Shown: positions 1 to 11,137 of the stretch, in pieces
Position numbering within the stretch: the first letter of the stretch is position 1
Layout of the letters: every line of letters starts with the position of its first letter
Assembly: GCA_051530055.1 (NCBI GenBank)
Contig: CM121343.1
Coordinates: 1,148,389-1,212,388, forward strand
Direction of reading: 5' to 3'
DNA: 64,000 bases
From: Neoechinorhynchus agilis
Taxonomy: Eukaryota; Animalia; Acanthocephala
Position numbers and translations under genes: made by a program
The notes under the pieces: model-generated
Database searches by the model: none
Seen by the model: the letters and a program-made list of their open reading frames with translations, nothing else
Told to the model about the DNA's origin: nothing

Positions 1-229
1 AAATATTTGTCGTAATTTTTTAATAGAAAATAATTAATTTGTAAAAAGTAGCCATGTAGTCTGCTTGCTCAAAGTATTTCTAGTGGTAGTCTTGCGTGGA
101 TGCGACAAGTGTCGGCTATCGCCAAGGCTCATGCCTAAATTAATATCATTTGCCCAATGTTTGTAGACCTAAATTGATAATTGGGTCATTTTCCATTTCT
201 GCCTCAGTCCGAAGTGTCGTCCTCTACTC

Positions 230-1150
230 GTGAGTGGTTCGGGCAGATTAAGGTTTCCGCAATAAGTTGAGCTTCGAAAGGGTGAGACTTAACTTGAATT
301 AATCGTTCGATGTGATATGGTCGAATTTCTTCGTGCCTCGGATTTGGGCAATATTGGGTTCCTCTGACCGTTATGAGTGTAACAATGTGGATGGATATAT
401 GAACGAAGCTCTGCCTAAGACTAAGAATTCATTAGCATTGTGGATGAGCGATCAAAAGTTGTATAATCTACTACTTTCCGGTCCTCGCGAATTTATGTAT
501 GTCGCTCCGAAATATAGTATGAGCTTTTTCAAAACTCGCCATATCGTACGCTCTGACGATTCTCCAAACGCTCAATCTGTCAAATGCGAATTGATTTGGA
601 AAGGATCCGAAGTGTTATTAAAAGAGTCAAATGCGTGGTCAAGAGGGTCGTCAAGTGATAGGGATTAAATCAACGATTCATCGTTAACATAGTTAAGACT
701 CTTACTTTTAGTACCATTTGCTTTTTTGCAAGAGGAAGACAACCGGAGCAGAGACTTAACATGTTTTATAAATTTTTACCAAATATAATGAAAATTAAGT
801 GGTTATCTTATGATTCAATGAACATGTTAATTAAAGACCTTGATATATTCTTTGTGGCTAAAATTTGGTTCAGTTTGTGTCAATGGTCCGTTCAGTTATG
901 TTTGACAGCTTCATTCTCGAGGGGCATCATTCTATTGAGGAGTGTCTCCTTTTATGCAATGGCTACCAAAGTCCAACTTGCGAGCGCTTGGGCTGGGACC
1001 CCCAATTGATGGGCTGGTCATGCCTAGCCCCGGGCACCACCGCATCTATCGTTAATCACGGAAGCCTATCAGATTCACATCATGCGATTATGGAGAAGCC
1101 AATCAAGCAGCTGGTTATCTAAACGAAGTTCTTGGGCTTTTTAGGCGCAT
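230..1150 (-). mobile_element. Highly degenerate Penelope-like element remnant (RT and GIY-YIG C-terminus)
   Basis: Minus-strand translations give NYVNDESL (YVDD-like), DNHLIFIIFGKNL (F-x-F-x-G-K-x-Y-like) and RHEEIRPYHIERLIQVKSHPFEAQLIAETLI, which resembles the C-terminus of the intact PLE at 4464-7001 (RHEGASPVFDVGVLYRASDPIELSISEALLI). Many stops and frameshifts; boundaries approximate. Confidence 0.35.
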
Positions 1151-1439
1151 GATAGCTGGACTCAACCAATGTGACAAGTGCAATTCTAGTGGAAACCTAC
1201 GGCCTAGAGCAGAGCATTGGATTTGCAGCGTCAATATGAAAAGTAATCATCGGCTCAGTGAAATCCATTGAAGACGAATGATGAACGCATAACCAAAACA
1301 ACGAAATCGCCCAAAGATGAACTCCTAAACACAATACAACACAATCGCCATCTCATTGACACGACAAATTTATCCCAATGTTATAACTCCAAGATGCTCG
1401 AATTTTAAAACGATCGGGAGAATAATGGTTCGCCATTTA

Positions 1440-1625
1440 ATAGGCAAAAATGGAAGGTTAGAAATTAGATTTCGGCTGGGCGAAGAATATGATTTAGCGA
1501 CGGTTATTTACAGTAAAAAGTTCGGAACGGTTTATAAAGGGCGAAGTGAGTTTACAAACAAAGACGTGTCAATCAAAGTCGAGGAGAGCCCACTTGACCA
1601 CATCGACACAACTACGGAATGTACA
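1440..1625 (+). pseudogene. Casein kinase 1-like N-lobe fragment
   Basis: YDLATVIYSKKFGTVYKGRSEFTNKDVSIKVEES resembles CK1 subdomains I-II (Y-x-L-x3-IGxGxFGxVYxG...VAIKxE); glycine loop is degenerate and there is no downstream domain. Confidence 0.45.
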
Positions 1626-2053
1626 ATCCCAGCCAATTTTTTGACTCAGTGTGAGCGCTGTATTCTATTTTAAGATTTTTACTAGCAAGCCGGTTTGTTT
1701 TATATCATCATTAAGTTTTTCCCTTACACCCAGCGTATTTTTTAAGCATTTAACCTTTGAATCTGACAGTGAAAAATAATGAGCAACATATCTGTATCTG
1801 AAAAAGTAAAATTGAGAAAAGACATACGGGAGAACTTGATCGAACGAAAAACGAGGCGATGTTTGCTGCACTTAGGGGAACGAGCTGGTCGGAGCTGATT
1901 GACTCTGTTAAGAAGGTCAAAGAGAAGGACCCAAGAGGATTAGTCAAAGACGCTGTTGGTGGAGACAAAGCCCTAAAAACTCAGGAGCTCAATTCTCAAA
2001 TCATAATTTCCGCCTGATTGGTACAGTGTTCAATAAAGGTCGCGCCGTCGACC

Positions 2054-2162
2054 AGTGTTAGTGTAAAACTTACTGACAATCACTGAAGAAGGCCAACGCA
2101 TTGGTCGAATATTCTGATTAATATATTCATAATTTTTTCCTTCAGTTCACCATCATAATTAA
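2054..2162 (+). mobile_element. ~108-bp hammerhead-bearing mini-element (second copy inverted at 19052-19156)
   Basis: Near-identical to the reverse complement of 19052-19156; appears to be inserted inside the unknown ORF. Confidence 0.8.
2078..2119 (+). ncRNA. Minimal type I hammerhead ribozyme, mutated at A15.1
   Basis: AATCA-CTGAAGA-A-GGCCAA-cgca-TTGGTC-GAAT-AT-TC-TGATT: stem I perfect, but GAAA reads GAAT compared with the intact copy at 19095-19136. Confidence 0.75.
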
Positions 2163-2599
2163 AGTTATCACACTGTTCGGTCATATCCTCCTCAGGTTGT
2201 TCCCAGAGATGGGAGATAAATTCTCTAAGTATGGCGGATCAAACATTTGGGAGTTGCAGAAGGGTGACAAGGTATGCTTAGACAAAGCTATCAAAATCGA
2301 AATACCAAAGAAATTGCCACGGGAACAGGAGAGAGCTGAGAAACTGCTACTAAAATTACACAAGTCTACAAAAAACAGGAATGAAGATTTTGAACCAGTA
2401 GCTAAGCGGTTGAGATCTAGGAACGACTGCGTTAATTACGCACAAGTGATGATTGAATGTCGCGATCGCTAACAGGACCGCTCCGTGTGGATGCTTTACA
2501 ACAAGTGTAAAAGCAGGCTCGAAGTACAAAACTGACAAAAAATATACCATAGGTTGCAAGCAATTCAAGCCAGACCTAACAATATAATATAAAGTATAC

Positions 2600-3270
2600 A
2601 GCGACGTGTTCATCGCGGATACGGCCTTAACCGGTGAACTGAATTCGATTGGCGGCAGTCTCTACAAGAGAATCGGGTGCTTGGCTCAACGCTCTCCCAA
2701 TCGCTTCTGTGGTTACCCTTCTCGCCGACGAGACTGTAAGAATTGCAGTGTCATCCGATTGCTGCCGCTGAGGAGCGACCGCGGAGCCATCGGGACGCCA
2801 TGGTCTTGTCTGTCGTCAATACGGCGGAATGTTCTCACAACACGCCGAAGTGAACGCAATTCTTAGTCGTGTCCTGAATACTGCGAATGCGCCCAACTTC
2901 CTAGAAGCGAGCAATCTTTGCTGACTCGATAGCCAACGTAGACTGGACGGTGTCACAGTATTCCCATGGCGAGGGGAGGCAAATACCTTCTCTGGGACGC
3001 CATTCGCAGCCAGCAACATAAAATTCGCCGTTGTAAACCACGGGAATAAGCAAACCACGCTGAAGAATGTAACAAGACGAAATACCGAGACCTGGGTCGA
3101 AATCATTATTTCGCTCCCTTTGGAGTCGGGACACTCGGATCGTTTGGTACCACGGAGCTGGGCATGGTCAAACAATTGTCCACGAAGCTCAGACGAATCA
3201 CTGGCGATCCGAGGGCAGGAGCATTCCTTCTGCAAAACATAGCCAACGAGGGAATGCTGCACCCGTACTT
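2600..3270 (+). mobile_element. CRE-clade non-LTR retrotransposon, C-terminal zinc-knuckle/RLE fragment (frameshifted)
   Basis: ESGAWLNALPI...GRHGLVC...QHAEVNAILSRVL...RRLDGVTVFPW/GKYLLWDA...KTKYRDL...FAPFGVGTLGSFG...GDPRAGAFLLQNI/QRGNAA; these are typical CRE-type RLE motifs. Confidence 0.85.
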
Positions 3271-3499
3271 TGGACCGTTACACCAGGACGGCAGCTGAGT
3301 TATCAGAGCGGTGGTGTGAATATTCGTAAATGAATTCCAGGAATGTATACTAATTTTAGTTTAATAACTAAATAATCAACATTTTTTCTCAAAAAATAAA
3401 TTCTATAAATTTAAATAAAAAGTCTGAATAGCCAGATTGTCAAAGAATAGAAGGGAAAAAACATTAAGGCAGTGGCATATAAGACAAAAGGAAAATCCC

Positions 3500-3815
3500 T
3501 CAATGCTGGCATAGGTTCTGCAAGAGCTGACCCACCAACTGGTGTGATTTATAGCATACCGTGTGAAGATTGTGCCAGATCCTAAATAGGACAAACTAAC
3601 AGTCTCTGCCGCAGAATCTATGAACATAGGTATGCACTGAGGAAAAATGATGCGAACTCAGCGATAGTCAATCATGTTGATGCAACGGGACACTCAATCA
3701 ACTTTGACAATGTCAATGTTTTATTCCGTAGCGACAATCGATATGTTCGTGTTATCGCTGAGTCGATTTTTATTAAACAATATGATACAATGGAAGGCAA
3801 TAAGGCGGACTATGT
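3500..3815 (+). mobile_element. Penelope-like element 3' fragment: GIY-YIG endonuclease
   Basis: GVIYSIPCEDCARS*IGQT...RRIYEHRYALRKNDANSAIVNHVDATGHSINFDNVNVL...RVIAESIFI, followed by a hammerhead motif at 3866. Confidence 0.85.
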
Positions 3816-3865
3816 ACTCAAAATGAGTATTGCAATCACTTAAAAAACTTTACTACCCCTTTTAG

Positions 3866-3907
3866 ACATCCTGGAGAAGACTCACAAGTGAGTCGAAATA
3901 TTGACCC
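3866..3907 (+). ncRNA. Degenerate minimal hammerhead ribozyme of the 3.5-kb PLE remnant
   Basis: CTGGAGA-A-GACTCAC-aa-GTGAGTC-GAAA-TA-TT; A6 is changed to G and stem I is weak. Confidence 0.6.
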
Positions 3908-4170
3908 TTTTACTTTGAATAATTTAATAAATTTCGCCAAATCGGGAAAAAACATGTATCCTTCGATTTTCACAATCACTTAAAGATTTATGGCGAATCT
4001 TCCCTGGATTTAATCAACAGTATGGAGAGATTAGAGCTTAAAAACGTACGACAAAATATGGCGATCGATTTCCTGTCTGAATGTATGTGTTATGGCGAAG
4101 CCGCATTTTTTTGAGATTTTACAGTCAACAATCATAAATGTTCAGCTTCAGTAGTTTTTATTTACGAGAG

Positions 4171-4451
4171 TGGTTTTTTGATTTTTTGGACGTTGAGGGA
4201 CACACACACAATCTTTTATTGAATCCGATATTTCGGCGCCTCACGCCTTCTTCAGGTTCCTTGATAATCTAAAACACACAAAGGGAGTTCACAAGAGGTC
4301 CATGCTCCCTGTCAATTCGTCTCGGCGGTTCAGGTTTTCCCGTTCGCGGCCGAGATCCCCACTTGCACCCGACCGCACTACTTAATCACGGTTGATCAGC
4401 AGGGCTTCCGAGATAGAGAGTTCAATGGGATCTGATGCCCGATAAAGAACC
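4171..4451 (-). repeat. Inverted pseudo-LTR (copy of the PLE 3' end)
   Basis: Reverse complement matches 6839-7114 with a few substitutions (e.g. cacccgaccgcactactt versus cacacgaccgcgctaccc). Confidence 0.95.
4221..4259 (-). ncRNA. Minimal type I hammerhead ribozyme in the 5' pLTR
   Basis: Minus strand: GGAAC-CTGAAGA-A-GGCG-tgagg-CGCC-GAAA-TA-TC-GGATTC-AATAAAA. Confidence 0.75.
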
Positions 4452-4463
4452 ATAAATCGATCG

Positions 4464-7001
4464 ATGTGGATAACCTTGAAGCGACTCCGTTGGCAATCGC
4501 TGCAAAAATGCCTGAGGGATGCGAGGACGGCTGTATATTGCCACAAAAGAAATTTAAGGCTCATCAATGGGGAATTGCGAGAAATATGTTCACCTGACGA
4601 ATATCAATGGGTGATGAATTGGTCGCAGCGCAATGTAATTACCCACAAGTGGATGGTGAAGAATCGTCTTAAGGATAAGTTTAAAAAACTGATAGGTGGT
4701 TCAGCAAATGTCAGAACGGTTAAATCAGCTGAAAAACAACCTGACTCGAATGCAAGGGACGACGATCGAGGGGACAGAGTCACAATGATACCAAAGGGAT
4801 TACTAACGAAAGATCAATTGAATGTTCTTTCCAAAGGACCATCGTTTGTACCAGCTAAGAAAATGGATGACCGTGACGTTTTTCAGATGGAGATCGATGT
4901 GGCGCGCCTAGCGTATCAAATAAGAGTTCAGTCAATGAAAGAGAAAGTGAATACAATGGATGGAAATGGGCCTAGCAGTGTGGAAACAAGGAATCAAGTG
5001 GCAAAGCGCGTGCGATTTGGATTCGAAGGTCGTTTTGTTGCGGTGCCCCGAGCAGATGACGCTGTTGAGAGGAAGATTCTTGCCTTAAAGGACAAACTCA
5101 ATTCCTTGTGCATATCGCAAATGGGACGATCAATCAACAATTTGTGTGCTGAAGAGAGGAACGCACTATTGTCCTTAAAGCGTGCAACTGAGAATAAGGC
5201 CTTCAGAATATCTGTGAGTGACAAGGGCGGTGAATTCGTCGTAATGGATTCTGCAGTTGAAGATTCGATGATGAACAGTTTGTTATCCGATAATTCGCTC
5301 TACGAACCAGAATCCAAGGATGATTGTGAAGAGAAAAGGAAGCAGATAAATGCAACCCTTCGCAAGGTTGTAACGTCCAGAGGCCTAAAGGGAATGCAGG
5401 CTTATTGTCAAGGCCCGCTACGAACACCGGTGCTTTATGCATTAGCAAAAACGCACAAAATGGATGTTACGGTGGAAGAGGGAGGGATAGTGAAGGGAAT
5501 GCCAATCATCTCAGCCATCAATGGACCAGCATACAGAGTGTCCAAGTTTCTTGCTCGCGTTCTGAGTCCTATATTGAAGAGCTCGCCATCGTTTGTGGCC
5601 AACTCTGCACAAATGCTGGACCTTTTGGACGCTAGAAAGGACGAGCTCAGTCGCAGCAGGGTAATGTCCTTCGACTTTGTGAGCTTGTACTCCAATGTCG
5701 ACAATCAAGCGGCACTCATAATGCTAGGTAAGAGACTGTGTGAGGAAAGGAATACAATCGATTTGTGTGGCTTAGAGATCGAAGATGTGATGGTGTTGAC
5801 CCGTCTTGTGTTGGAATGCAACCGGTTCCAATACAAAAACCGGCTATACAGGCAAGTCCGTGGTCTCGCGATGGGCAACTGCCTAGCTCCCATATTAGCT
5901 TGCACTTTCCTTGATGGGTTGGAAAGGCATCACATCTACCCACAATTGTCGTCGAGTCAATTATATCTCCGATACGTGGATGATGTGTTGCTGACCTACC
6001 GACAGGATTGTGAGGTTGATATAATCGGGCAAAGCCTCAATTCGATGAATCCGAATGGTCATATTCAGGTTACGCGAGATCAACCACGTGACTACCTGCC
6101 CTTCCTGAACATAAAGCTAAAAGCAGACAATCCTGCCGAACACAACTGGTTCAGGAAACCGTGCAAGAAGGATATTGTCCTGCATCGACGATCGCACCAC
6201 CCATGGGCTGTGAAACAAGCAATCTTCGGAGAAATGCTTAGAACGGCACAAATGTGTTCGTCGACGGCTCTCGTAAGGAAGGAAGCGGAGGAACGGGTCT
6301 GTGAATTGCTCGAAAAGAACGGCTATTCGAAGCTGGATCTTAAGAGGATGATGCAAAGAATGGAACGACCAGTTGGAAGTCGAAACCGGAAAAACGATCT
6401 TCCTCTTCTTCGAATCCCGTACGTGTCCGAACATTTTACTTGGAACGTTAAGAAGGCCATACGTGACTGCGGCATTGAAGCACGAGTAGTGCACAGGACA
6501 AATCCGTCGCTAAAGCGGATGCTAATGCGGACAATGCATCACGAAGATACGAGGATTTGCCCAAAGGCCTGTCTGATGTGCAAGCACTGCCCGAAGAATG
6601 CTGGGGCAAAAAGCGATTGCTTCTCAAGCAACGTCGTCTACGAGATCACCTGCAGGAACTGTAAGGACGAAGGACGTTCCTGCAATTATGTCGGGAAAAC
6701 AGAGCGAACACTGCGTGAACGCATCACTGAGCACGTGCGTAATGCATGCAATCCGACCAGTCCAGCGTACGCATCAACGCCCTGGGGCACCCACTTCGCT
6801 ACCCGCCACGAGGGAGCCAGCCCGGTTTTTGACGTTGGGGTTCTTTATCGGGCATCAGATCCCATTGAACTCTCTATCTCGGAAGCCCTGCTGATCAACC
6901 GTGATTGGGTAGCGCGGTCGTGTGCAAGTGGGGATCTCGGCCGCGAACGGGAAAACCTGAACCGCCGGGACGAATTGACAGGGAGCATGGACCTCTTGTG
7001 A
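4464..7001 (+). CDS. PLE reverse transcriptase + GIY-YIG endonuclease (845 aa open frame, possibly 5' truncated)
   Basis: SFDFVSLYSNV, RQVRGLAMGNCLAP, RYVDD, LPFLNI, WFRKP...SHHP, Cys linker CPKACLMC..C, VVYEITC..C...YVGKT.R.L.ER..EH. Confidence 0.95.
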   Translation: MWITLKRLRWQSLQKCLRDARTAVYCHKRNLRLINGELREICSPDEYQWVMNWSQRNVITHKWMVKNRLKDKFKKLIGGSANVRTVKSAEKQPDSNARDDDRGDRVTMIPKGLLTKDQLNVLSKGPSFVPAKKMDDRDVFQMEIDVARLAYQIRVQSMKEKVNTMDGNGPSSVETRNQVAKRVRFGFEGRFVAVPRADDAVERKILALKDKLNSLCISQMGRSINNLCAEERNALLSLKRATENKAFRISVSDKGGEFVVMDSAVEDSMMNSLLSDNSLYEPESKDDCEEKRKQINATLRKVVTSRGLKGMQAYCQGPLRTPVLYALAKTHKMDVTVEEGGIVKGMPIISAINGPAYRVSKFLARVLSPILKSSPSFVANSAQMLDLLDARKDELSRSRVMSFDFVSLYSNVDNQAALIMLGKRLCEERNTIDLCGLEIEDVMVLTRLVLECNRFQYKNRLYRQVRGLAMGNCLAPILACTFLDGLERHHIYPQLSSSQLYLRYVDDVLLTYRQDCEVDIIGQSLNSMNPNGHIQVTRDQPRDYLPFLNIKLKADNPAEHNWFRKPCKKDIVLHRRSHHPWAVKQAIFGEMLRTAQMCSSTALVRKEAEERVCELLEKNGYSKLDLKRMMQRMERPVGSRNRKNDLPLLRIPYVSEHFTWNVKKAIRDCGIEARVVHRTNPSLKRMLMRTMHHEDTRICPKACLMCKHCPKNAGAKSDCFSSNVVYEITCRNCKDEGRSCNYVGKTERTLRERITEHVRNACNPTSPAYASTPWGTHFATRHEGASPVFDVGVLYRASDPIELSISEALLINRDWVARSCASGDLGRERENLNRRDELTGSMDLL

Positions 7002-7114
7002 ACTCCCTTTGTGTGTTTTAGATTATCAAGGAACCTGAAGAAGGCGTGAGGCGCCGAAATATCAGATTCAATAAAAGATTGTGTGTCCCTCAACGTCCAA
7101 AAAATCAAAAACCA
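6839..7114 (+). repeat. 3' pseudo-LTR of the PLE
   Basis: Overlaps the end of the ORF; inverted copy at 4171-4451. Confidence 0.9.
7030..7069 (+). ncRNA. Minimal type I hammerhead ribozyme in the 3' pLTR
   Basis: GGAAC-CTGAAGA-A-GGCG-tgagg-CGCC-GAAA-TA-TC-AGATTC then AATAAAA; palindromic AUAU stem III; stem I imperfect. Confidence 0.72.
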
Positions 7115-7947
7115 TATACATGAGGATACACAATAAAGAGGCCTTCAATCAGCTTAAATTTACGAGAGTAATAAAAGCAAGATAAAATTTTTAGGATTTT
7201 CACTACCTCAGGTTTCTTCGGCCGGCTAAAATATTGTAACTATGATGGTGGTCATCTTTTTTCTAGACGTCAGTCAAAAGCGACTCATTAAAATTCACAA
7301 CAGTTTCACCCCTTTAGGATAAATGATGTTCGTTCCGACGTTTAGGATCGTTTATTCTTAGTAAATATCCACGACATAATCATCATAATTTGCTCGAAGA
7401 TGACATGAGCGATTTAATTGGTAGCCAAAAACAACATTTTAGGGATTGAGATCGCATGGATGCTTTGCCGTTCATTTATTTTACTGTTTCGATATGCATA
7501 TTCTGTAAAAAGCGAAAAGGGTAGTAAACTACTTCGCAGGCTAAATTTTCCCCCCTAATTTAATTTTTATCCGAAGTTCAAGTGAGAGCTGGGAGATTCC
7601 GACAATTCGCGATTATTTTCATTAACCTTGTCGATCGAGCCGTTAAAGCAATGGATCGCGAATGGAAGGTGGGCCAATACAAGCAATCGCGCTGAAACAC
7701 TGCTCAAAACGAGGACACACATGGAGTTGCATGAACTGCAATAATATTTTCAAAACAATGTCAACAATAAACAATTGATTATAAAAACAGCTGAGATCCA
7801 TGTTTGAGGTCCGTGTTAATTTAAGGGTCCACTCGCGAACCCTTTGAATCGAGACTACAATTTCAAACTCATCTTACTTCGTTCATGGTTCAAATTACGA
7901 TCGAGAATATCAAGCGAGCGTAAGCTCTCGGTCACGATAATAAAGTT

Positions 7948-8328
7948 TATATCCAGGGAGACTTAATTGGCGAGGGCAGTTTCGGGCAAATCCTCAAATG
8001 CTAACAGAAGGGTTTCAGCCGCAAACTTGCAGTTAAGATCCTAAACAACGCGATTGGAAACATCGATAAAGATGACAATGAAGTTGCAATGTTTAAGGCA
8101 ATAAAAGAGACCGAGGGAGAACGAGCTAATATTACAGTTTCTCTTGAAATGTTCAACTACTGTGGTCATCGGTGCATGATTCTTGAGCATTACGAAATGG
8201 ATCTTCATGTGATTATGATCACGTTTTGTGACCAATGCAAATAAATCGATGGTTCTCCGTGGGATACCGAATTTTGCAAGATTTAGAAAATCTAGAATAT
8301 TTGAACGTTGTTCATGGGACGCTTGCAG
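7948..8328 (+). pseudogene. CMGC-group (HIPK/DYRK/CLK-like) protein kinase fragment
   Basis: YIQGDLIGEGSFGQILKC*...LAVKIL...NEVAMFKAI...EMFNYCGHRCMILEHYEMDL...LEYLNVVHG; in-frame stop and a degenerate catalytic loop. Confidence 0.65.
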
Positions 8329-8514
8329 TAGTTTTATTCAACTTTCACAACACGCTTCCAGCGTTTAACTCAAAAAATTAACCTTTTAGCTTTTCACGTT
8401 TTCCCAAGAATTTTGGAATTTAATAGTTTTCGCACACACATAAATGATTCATAATGTGCGATCGATATCACGAAACGCGATGGTGTATCATCATACGGCA
8501 AAAACAGGGGCACA

Positions 8515-9240
8515 ATGTTTTCACAACCACAGAGTACTGTGACGGAGGGTGGCAAACGGTCACCAACAAAGTCTCAATTTTCGTCCTCAAAAGACGATAT
8601 GCATCAGATTAGATACTATGATCGGCCTTTCAAAAAGGACAATTACGTATCTAAAATAACTGCTGTCTCAATCTCAACCAAAGAGGCCACTTGGGGACTT
8701 TTCCTTAAGCCATGGTTAAATACCAAAAAAGATAATATAATAAGAATTAAATCTACGTCATTTTGCAACGGTACCTTGAAAATAGTCTTTACGAACAAAA
8801 TGGAAATGGAGGACTTCGAAGCCTTCATAAAAGAGCGTTTTGATGATCGACATTTCAATCTACAATCCTTCAGAAACAAAGCTACTTTCATTGCACACAA
8901 CATCGAGAGTTTATCCTCGCCTGAAACGATTAAAGAATTCGATGATCATTTTCAGCTCAAGTTCAAATTCTTTAAATCCAGGAAGACGGGAAAGACGATT
9001 CCAGTGGGAGTAGTGGAAACCGACACTGACCATATGGATACTCTATGCTCACGCAAATGGATCTTCCAATGTATGGAGATTAGTTTCTCAAAAAATTCCA
9101 ATACAGATTCTAACCTCGTCTACCCACAATGCAATATATGCTTGCAGTGAGGGCACTGGAATCAAAACTGCCCCAATAAAATCCAAAAGTGCTGTTTTTG
9201 TGCCGAGGAGCATCATATGTCAACTATCGACACTCTTCAA
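8515..9240 (+). mobile_element. LINE 'family A' ORF1 (gag-like, CCHC knuckles), disrupted
   Basis: LKPWL...KTGKTIPVGVV...MEISF...PQCNICLQ*GHWNQNCP...KCCFCA..HH; homologous to 14992-15900. Confidence 0.7.
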
Positions 9241-10492
9241 CAGCCTTCAGAATCAAATTGCACAGCAAATTCCAAACCTGCTTTCGATCACGATTCCGAA
9301 GACCATTATCAACCCGACACCGAATAACGGGAACCAAGTACAATCAGGACTGAATAAGAGGCAAAGAATACCGGCCAAAAACAATAAAATAAGCGGCAAA
9401 AATTCAGGACGCTTAAACAATGCATCAAAAAATAGACATATCACTAGCGACTCTGACGTTTTTAACACCCACCCAACCCACATTTCACAGGGTATCAAGT
9501 AATGTTCATTCTTGGTTGGATGGATGCTATGCTCCTTCCAACAGACAGGAAAGCATTACGGTTGTGAAACAGTGTGCTTTATTGGAAGCATGCTATCACG
9601 ATATCATAACCTGGTATTTATCCAACGACAAGTCCCTAACTCGTAGATTTTGATTTTCGCCAATTAATGTAGCCTTCTTTAACTTCGCCATCAAAAGTTC
9701 TCTTTTCGTACATCAGAGTCTCTATGACTGGAATTCTTTACTTTTTAATCTTTCAAATAACTTTCTATCTATCCCCAATCATTCATCAAGAGGAGCAGTT
9801 ACCTCTAATTATCTGAGGTACTGCGCATCTCAAATTAAAATAACCAATATAAACCAGGATGTCCCAATGCAGAGACTGTGGTCAAACAAATATTGGACTT
9901 GCAATTACAATCTACATTTGAAGCAGCATCGTAAAGTAATGAGGAATCTATCCTTTTCGATGAAATCCTTTTGACGCATCCTAAAGAACACGAAATTTAT
10001 CAAATGGAAAGACAAAGCGTTGAGATGGATCAGGTCTGTATCCTATAAGGTGGTATTGGATGATATCATAAACAAACTCTCTTTTGGAGCAACAAATGAT
10101 TTACCGTCCGATAATTGGTTAACCCTCATATTACTCAGATCATTAAATGAAGATTTACGTGAGGAGGATATTTTAGAAGCTTATGGGTAGTACGACAAAG
10201 TTATCATCGAGAAACGTAAGTGCAATTAGGAGATAACATTCTCGCACAAATGCGTTATTTTAAAAACTCCGTCAACGAGGTTTTCAACTAACTATTTCCG
10301 TGCACCGTCCTCGAAATAAATTAAATTGCTTTCAGACATTTTTCTCGCGCAAATAAAAATCTGTGTTTTCTTATCATTTTTCTGTAGTTCTTAAAGAATC
10401 GTTTTAACGTTTCACACGCATATTACAATCTTTCATACAAAAAGGGATGAAAAGGCACTTTTGACTATTTCATATTGTAAAAAGTTGTTTTT

Positions 10493-10608
10493 GTGATTAT
10501 AAAAATAAAGACTGATTTATTGATCTCAATATTCCATCCGTCTCAAGAAGTCTGACGAGACGGACGAAATATTGAGATCAATAAATCAGTCTTTATTTTT
10601 GTAATCAC
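10493..10608. repeat. Fold-back inverted repeat (~52-bp arms) with a degenerate hammerhead motif
   Basis: Arms 10493-10544 and 10557-10608; CTCAAGA-A-GTC(T)...GGAC-GAAA-TA-TT...AATAAA. Confidence 0.85.
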
Positions 10609-11137
10609 CAAAAAATACGCAATATCATTTGTCGTGTTAGGACCACATTTATTAGACTCCTGATGTGTGTGTTTTAATTTCGAAGAGTCGATTTCTTTAA
10701 TGGAACTATTTGATCTATTTCTAATCAAAAACACCAATATTTAATCCTTTATTCCAGATCGTAGATTTACACGCAATGAATATTGATGCTCTAACGAATC
10801 CTACAGGACGACTTTTTCCTTTTGGCACAATGAAATCCCAGCGTGATGTAATTAAAGTTCTTGAGCACATTGTTCAAAATTATACGCAATATTTTGCGTG
10901 ATGTCTAGCTATTGCTATTTCTGCTTTCCTTCCATTATTTAGGTAAAGTGCGGGAGCAAAAAGACAAAAAAGCCCCTCCAGCAGCTACAAGAGTCAATGG
11001 AGGTAAGTCGGATGATTGGAAGAGTTAGAAGGTTTTATCAAAAATAATTACTCATTTAAAAATATAACAAAATAGTCAGTAAATCAACGAAAAGAATACA
11101 TCTTCCTGTATTTTTTGTCCTTATTTAGATTAAAGTG

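Larger units (their letters stand above)
1800..2472 (+). pseudogene. Frameshifted remnant of an unknown ORF, interrupted by a ribozyme-bearing mini-element; related to 18780-19036
   Basis: GTSWSELIDSV...NHNFRLIGTVFNKGRAVD [insert 2054-2160] KVITLF aligns with GTSDFIEMLDKV...NDLTFKLIGTVLNKGPAGDPNYTVITLV at 18.8-19.0 kb. Confidence 0.35.
4171..7114 (+). mobile_element. Penelope-like retroelement (Cys-linker, Nematis/Neptune-like) with inverted 5' pseudo-LTR
   Basis: Long RT+GIY-YIG ORF flanked by ~280-bp inverted repeats (4171-4451 versus 6839-7114), each containing a hammerhead motif and AATAAA. Confidence 0.95.
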
